Shown here: piece after piece, positions 60,945 through 64,000 of the stretch | Layout: every line of letters begins with the position of its first letter | Numbering within the stretch: position 1 is the first letter of the stretch | From: Paraspadella gotoi | Taxonomy: Eukaryota > Animalia > Chaetognatha | DNA: 64,000 nucleotides | NCBI GenBank assembly: GCA_051294375.1 | Contig: CM119268.1 | Coordinates: 16,645,181-16,709,180 of the forward strand | Direction of reading: 5' to 3' | The notes under the pieces: generated by a model | What the model saw: the letters and a program-made list of their open reading frames with translations, nothing else | Told to the model about the DNA's origin: nothing | The model's database searches: none | Made by a program: the position numbers and the translations under genes

Positions 60945-61314
60945 NNNNNNNNNNATGGCTCGATAAAAAGTCAGGGGGAAAAAAGAAGATGAATGAAATC
61001 CCACACCCAAGGAATCAGCGGGAGAAAACAAAAGGGAAGAGGATTGACGGGCAGATTAGAGCAATTAAAGATATATGGATCTCGAAGTGAACGGACGGAC
61101 GGGCTTATTGGCGGACGGACAAATGAACTGGCGATGAGTAACGATCAGAAAATGAGCGAAGGATATATAGCGTCAATTATACTCGCGTAATTTCCATGAG
61201 GCACAGACGTTAAGAGTTAAGAAGTAAAAAAAGAAATATATATATATATATAATATAATATATAATATATCTAATATGCAGATTGATTTCCTGTCCAGCG
61301 TGGAACTCACTCAC

Positions 61315-61371
<57 letters not shown>

Positions 61372-62374
61372 GTTTAGTATTTTTCCATAAACTAGCAGTT
61401 AAATTAGTTAAACAGACGAATTTAGGTCCTCTTTAAAAAAAACATACTCTTAATTCGCCAGCCGAAGCTCTTCACTGTCTTCGACTGAAAACTTACAAGA
61501 AAAATATTTCGTTTCAACCGACAAACACTTTGAAAAACAAAACCACCCTTCATTCGATGCCCGTCTTTTCTTTTTTTCCTTTTTTGTGTATTTTTAAAAG
61601 TTATCTTGTTTTTTTTTTAAAGTTATATCTCATGCTAATAAAAAAATATGTTTTTTATACAGAAGATCACAATTTTACATCTGCAAGTAAATTTTAATTA
61701 ATGGCTGAAAAACCGAATGAAACAAAAGACAGTGTGACAATAGTTAGAGTTACTTCTACCGTAGTCTGTTTGGGTTTTTTACAATGCATTTTTTCTATTT
61801 TATTCTCCGCCTTTATATCTATTTTATTAATACATTGGTAAAAAATATGTAGTATACATATTTTCTGGACCGAATATTATTCAAGCAAGATTAGATGCTG
61901 CCTCGAAAAATAAAACAAACGCTTTTCTTTAAAACTGACATAGTCGTCTGTCTATATTCATTTAGTATTTTTCTAAAATTTCTGAAATTTAACTTGAAAT
62001 ATAAAGTCTGAAATTGAGTTCATTCTCTTGAATCTAAAACGGAGTTTTAAACCTTAGCCTTCGAACCTCGAAGAAACCAAGCGACAAGTCGATTCAACCA
62101 GCCCGGTTTTGAAAAAAAAAATAATTAGGAAACTGAATTGAATCGAAACGGCGAAAAGAAAAGAGAGACACAGACAGAAAATGAGAGAACTTTTTATCAC
62201 GAGAGACTTTTGACTTAAAATCGGGGAATCCATTAGAAAGATGTACAAAAACTCTGATTAGACAAATACAAAAAAAACAACATCGTTTCTTTTTTAACCG
62301 TTGACTGAGCGAATTCTTTTTCTTTCGCCGATTTAAAGACGGTCGGACTTTCGGTCGAAACTAACCTCGCCACC

Positions 62375-63946
62375 ATGGCGCTGACGACAATCCTTCTTTT
62401 CGTCCTCTTCCTCATCCTCCTCCTCTTCTTCGTCAAACGCCTCTCGCGGCCGAAATGCACGGTGCCCAAGGGACCGCGGGGTCACTGGTTGCTAGGCAAC
62501 ATGCGCGTCCCTTTCGAGCGTCACGCCGCCCTGATGCTGGAGTGGAAACGAGACTACGGGCCGATCTACGTGTACGACTTTGTGCCGACGATGGGGATGG
62601 TCGTCATCAACGACGTCGAGATGGCGAAGAAGTTCTTTGCCGATAAAGACTTCGCCGGGAGGGATGTGACGGAGACCGTGTTTAGGAGGTGAAGAAGATT
62701 AGATAGATTGAATTGATTGATTTGATTTAATTTATTGATTTGATTGAATTGATTGATTCGATTTAATTATATTGATTGAATTGATTTGTTTGATTGATTT
62801 AATTGAATTGATTGAATTGATTTATTGATTTAATTGAATTGATTAATTTGATTGAATTGATTAATTTGATTGAATTTCTTGATTCAATTGATTTAATGGA
62901 ATTGATTGAATTGATTGGTTTAATTAATTTGATTGATTTGTTAATTTTATTGAATTGATTGATTTGATTAAATTGATTGATTTGATTGAATTGATTGATA
63001 CGATTGATTTGATTGGTTTTATTGATTTGATTAGTTTGATTGATTTGATTGAATCGATTAAATTATTGTTCCATTGATTTATCGATTGGTTACACGATTT
63101 TGTTAATTTATTTAAATTTTAATGAATTTTTTTTTATTATTACTATAAATTATGGTAATAATCATACAATATTTAAGGTGCCTCAATCCAACCCTGGCCG
63201 GGATCGCTAATCAACCCTGGTCGCAGACGTGGCGGGATCTGCGCAAGTTCGTTATGTCGTCGTTGTCGTCTTTAGGATTCGGCCGATCACGGATGGAAAC
63301 GAAGGTCTTTTTCAAAAAAAAATTATTTGTGTAGTTCTTAGGAAATTATCACACTAATAAGTATGTACATAATGTATCGATGAACGAGTGGAATGAAAAT
63401 AGTGTGATAAGATTGAATCCTGATCGAGAATGATTTGTTTTTGTTTCGAGGCTGCAATGAGGAAATCCTTCGAAATTGTTGTTAAATATACAAAAATTAA
63501 AAGAAAATCGAATAATTTTTGTATTGGTTGTACCAATTTGGTAAAATGAAACACCTCTTCCAGGTCCTGGCCGAGGCGGACGCACTCGTCGACGCCATGC
63601 TCCGGACATCCGGCGAGGCCTTCGACCCGGGCGACTTGCTCCCCATCGCTATCAACAACGTGATCGCCAACGTGGTCTTTAGCTCGCGGACGGAGATCGG
63701 ACAAGCCTCGCGGACCTTCGATTGCGTGAAGACCTTTTCCGAGGGATTCCTCTACCTCTTCACCCAACCGGCTTACTTGTTCTTTCCGTTCTTGACGGAC
63801 GTCTACCGAACGAAGCCCCTTAAGAGGGTGTTGGACATGAAGGGGTTCATGGTGCAGTTCGTCGCCGAGTCCATCGCCTTTCACGAGGCGACCGTCGATC
63901 CGGATGAACCCAGGGATCTCGTCGATGTCATCGTCCTCGAACGAAG
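62375..63946 (+). CDS. Cytochrome P450, clan 2 (CYP2-like), 5' three exons; continues beyond the window
   Basis: Exons 62375-62688 (TM anchor, PKGPRGHWLLGN, YGPIY, FAGR), 63178-63304 (C-helix WRDLR, LSSLGFGR), 63564-63946 (NVIANVVF, DEPRDLVD). The heme motif is outside the window. Confidence 0.9.
62697..63110. repeat. Degenerate (ATTG)n repeat filling CYP intron 1
   Basis: Directly visible. Confidence 0.92.
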
Positions 63947-64000
63947 GTGAGATGAAAAACAAAACAAAACCAAAACAAAAAAAAACGTTACAAAAAAACA

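Noticed and set aside
39684-64000. ABCC pair plus CYP as a detoxification gene cluster
   Set aside because: Separated by the myosin gene, and both families are large, so proximity alone is not evidence.

Overview
Intron-rich eukaryotic (animal, probably invertebrate) genomic DNA with AT-rich introns, GC-rich short exons and many (GA)n microsatellites. Two N gaps and scattered indels suggest an imperfectly polished assembly. Genes reconstructed by hand from splice sites and translation, in order: (1) a PX-PH phospholipase D (PLD1/2 type), + strand, about 1-31.5 kb; (2) directly after it, a second diverged PLD catalytic half (32.7-38.3 kb) with no N-terminal exons of its own, starting at the same phase-0 exon boundary as the first; (3) two tandem 4-exon ABCC/MRP transporters, each with one AT-rich exon of about 3.3 kb; (4) a convergent class II myosin heavy chain on the - strand that appears to end after the motor domain and one IQ motif, with no coiled-coil rod; (5) the 5' part of a clan-2 cytochrome P450. 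The best candidates for undescribed biology are a single PLD gene with two alternative catalytic 3' halves, a tail-less S1-like myosin II, two minimal Penelope-type hammerhead ribozyme cores in PLD introns, and recurrent tandem arrays made of exon ends plus their splice donors. No prokaryotic features or CRISPR arrays were found.
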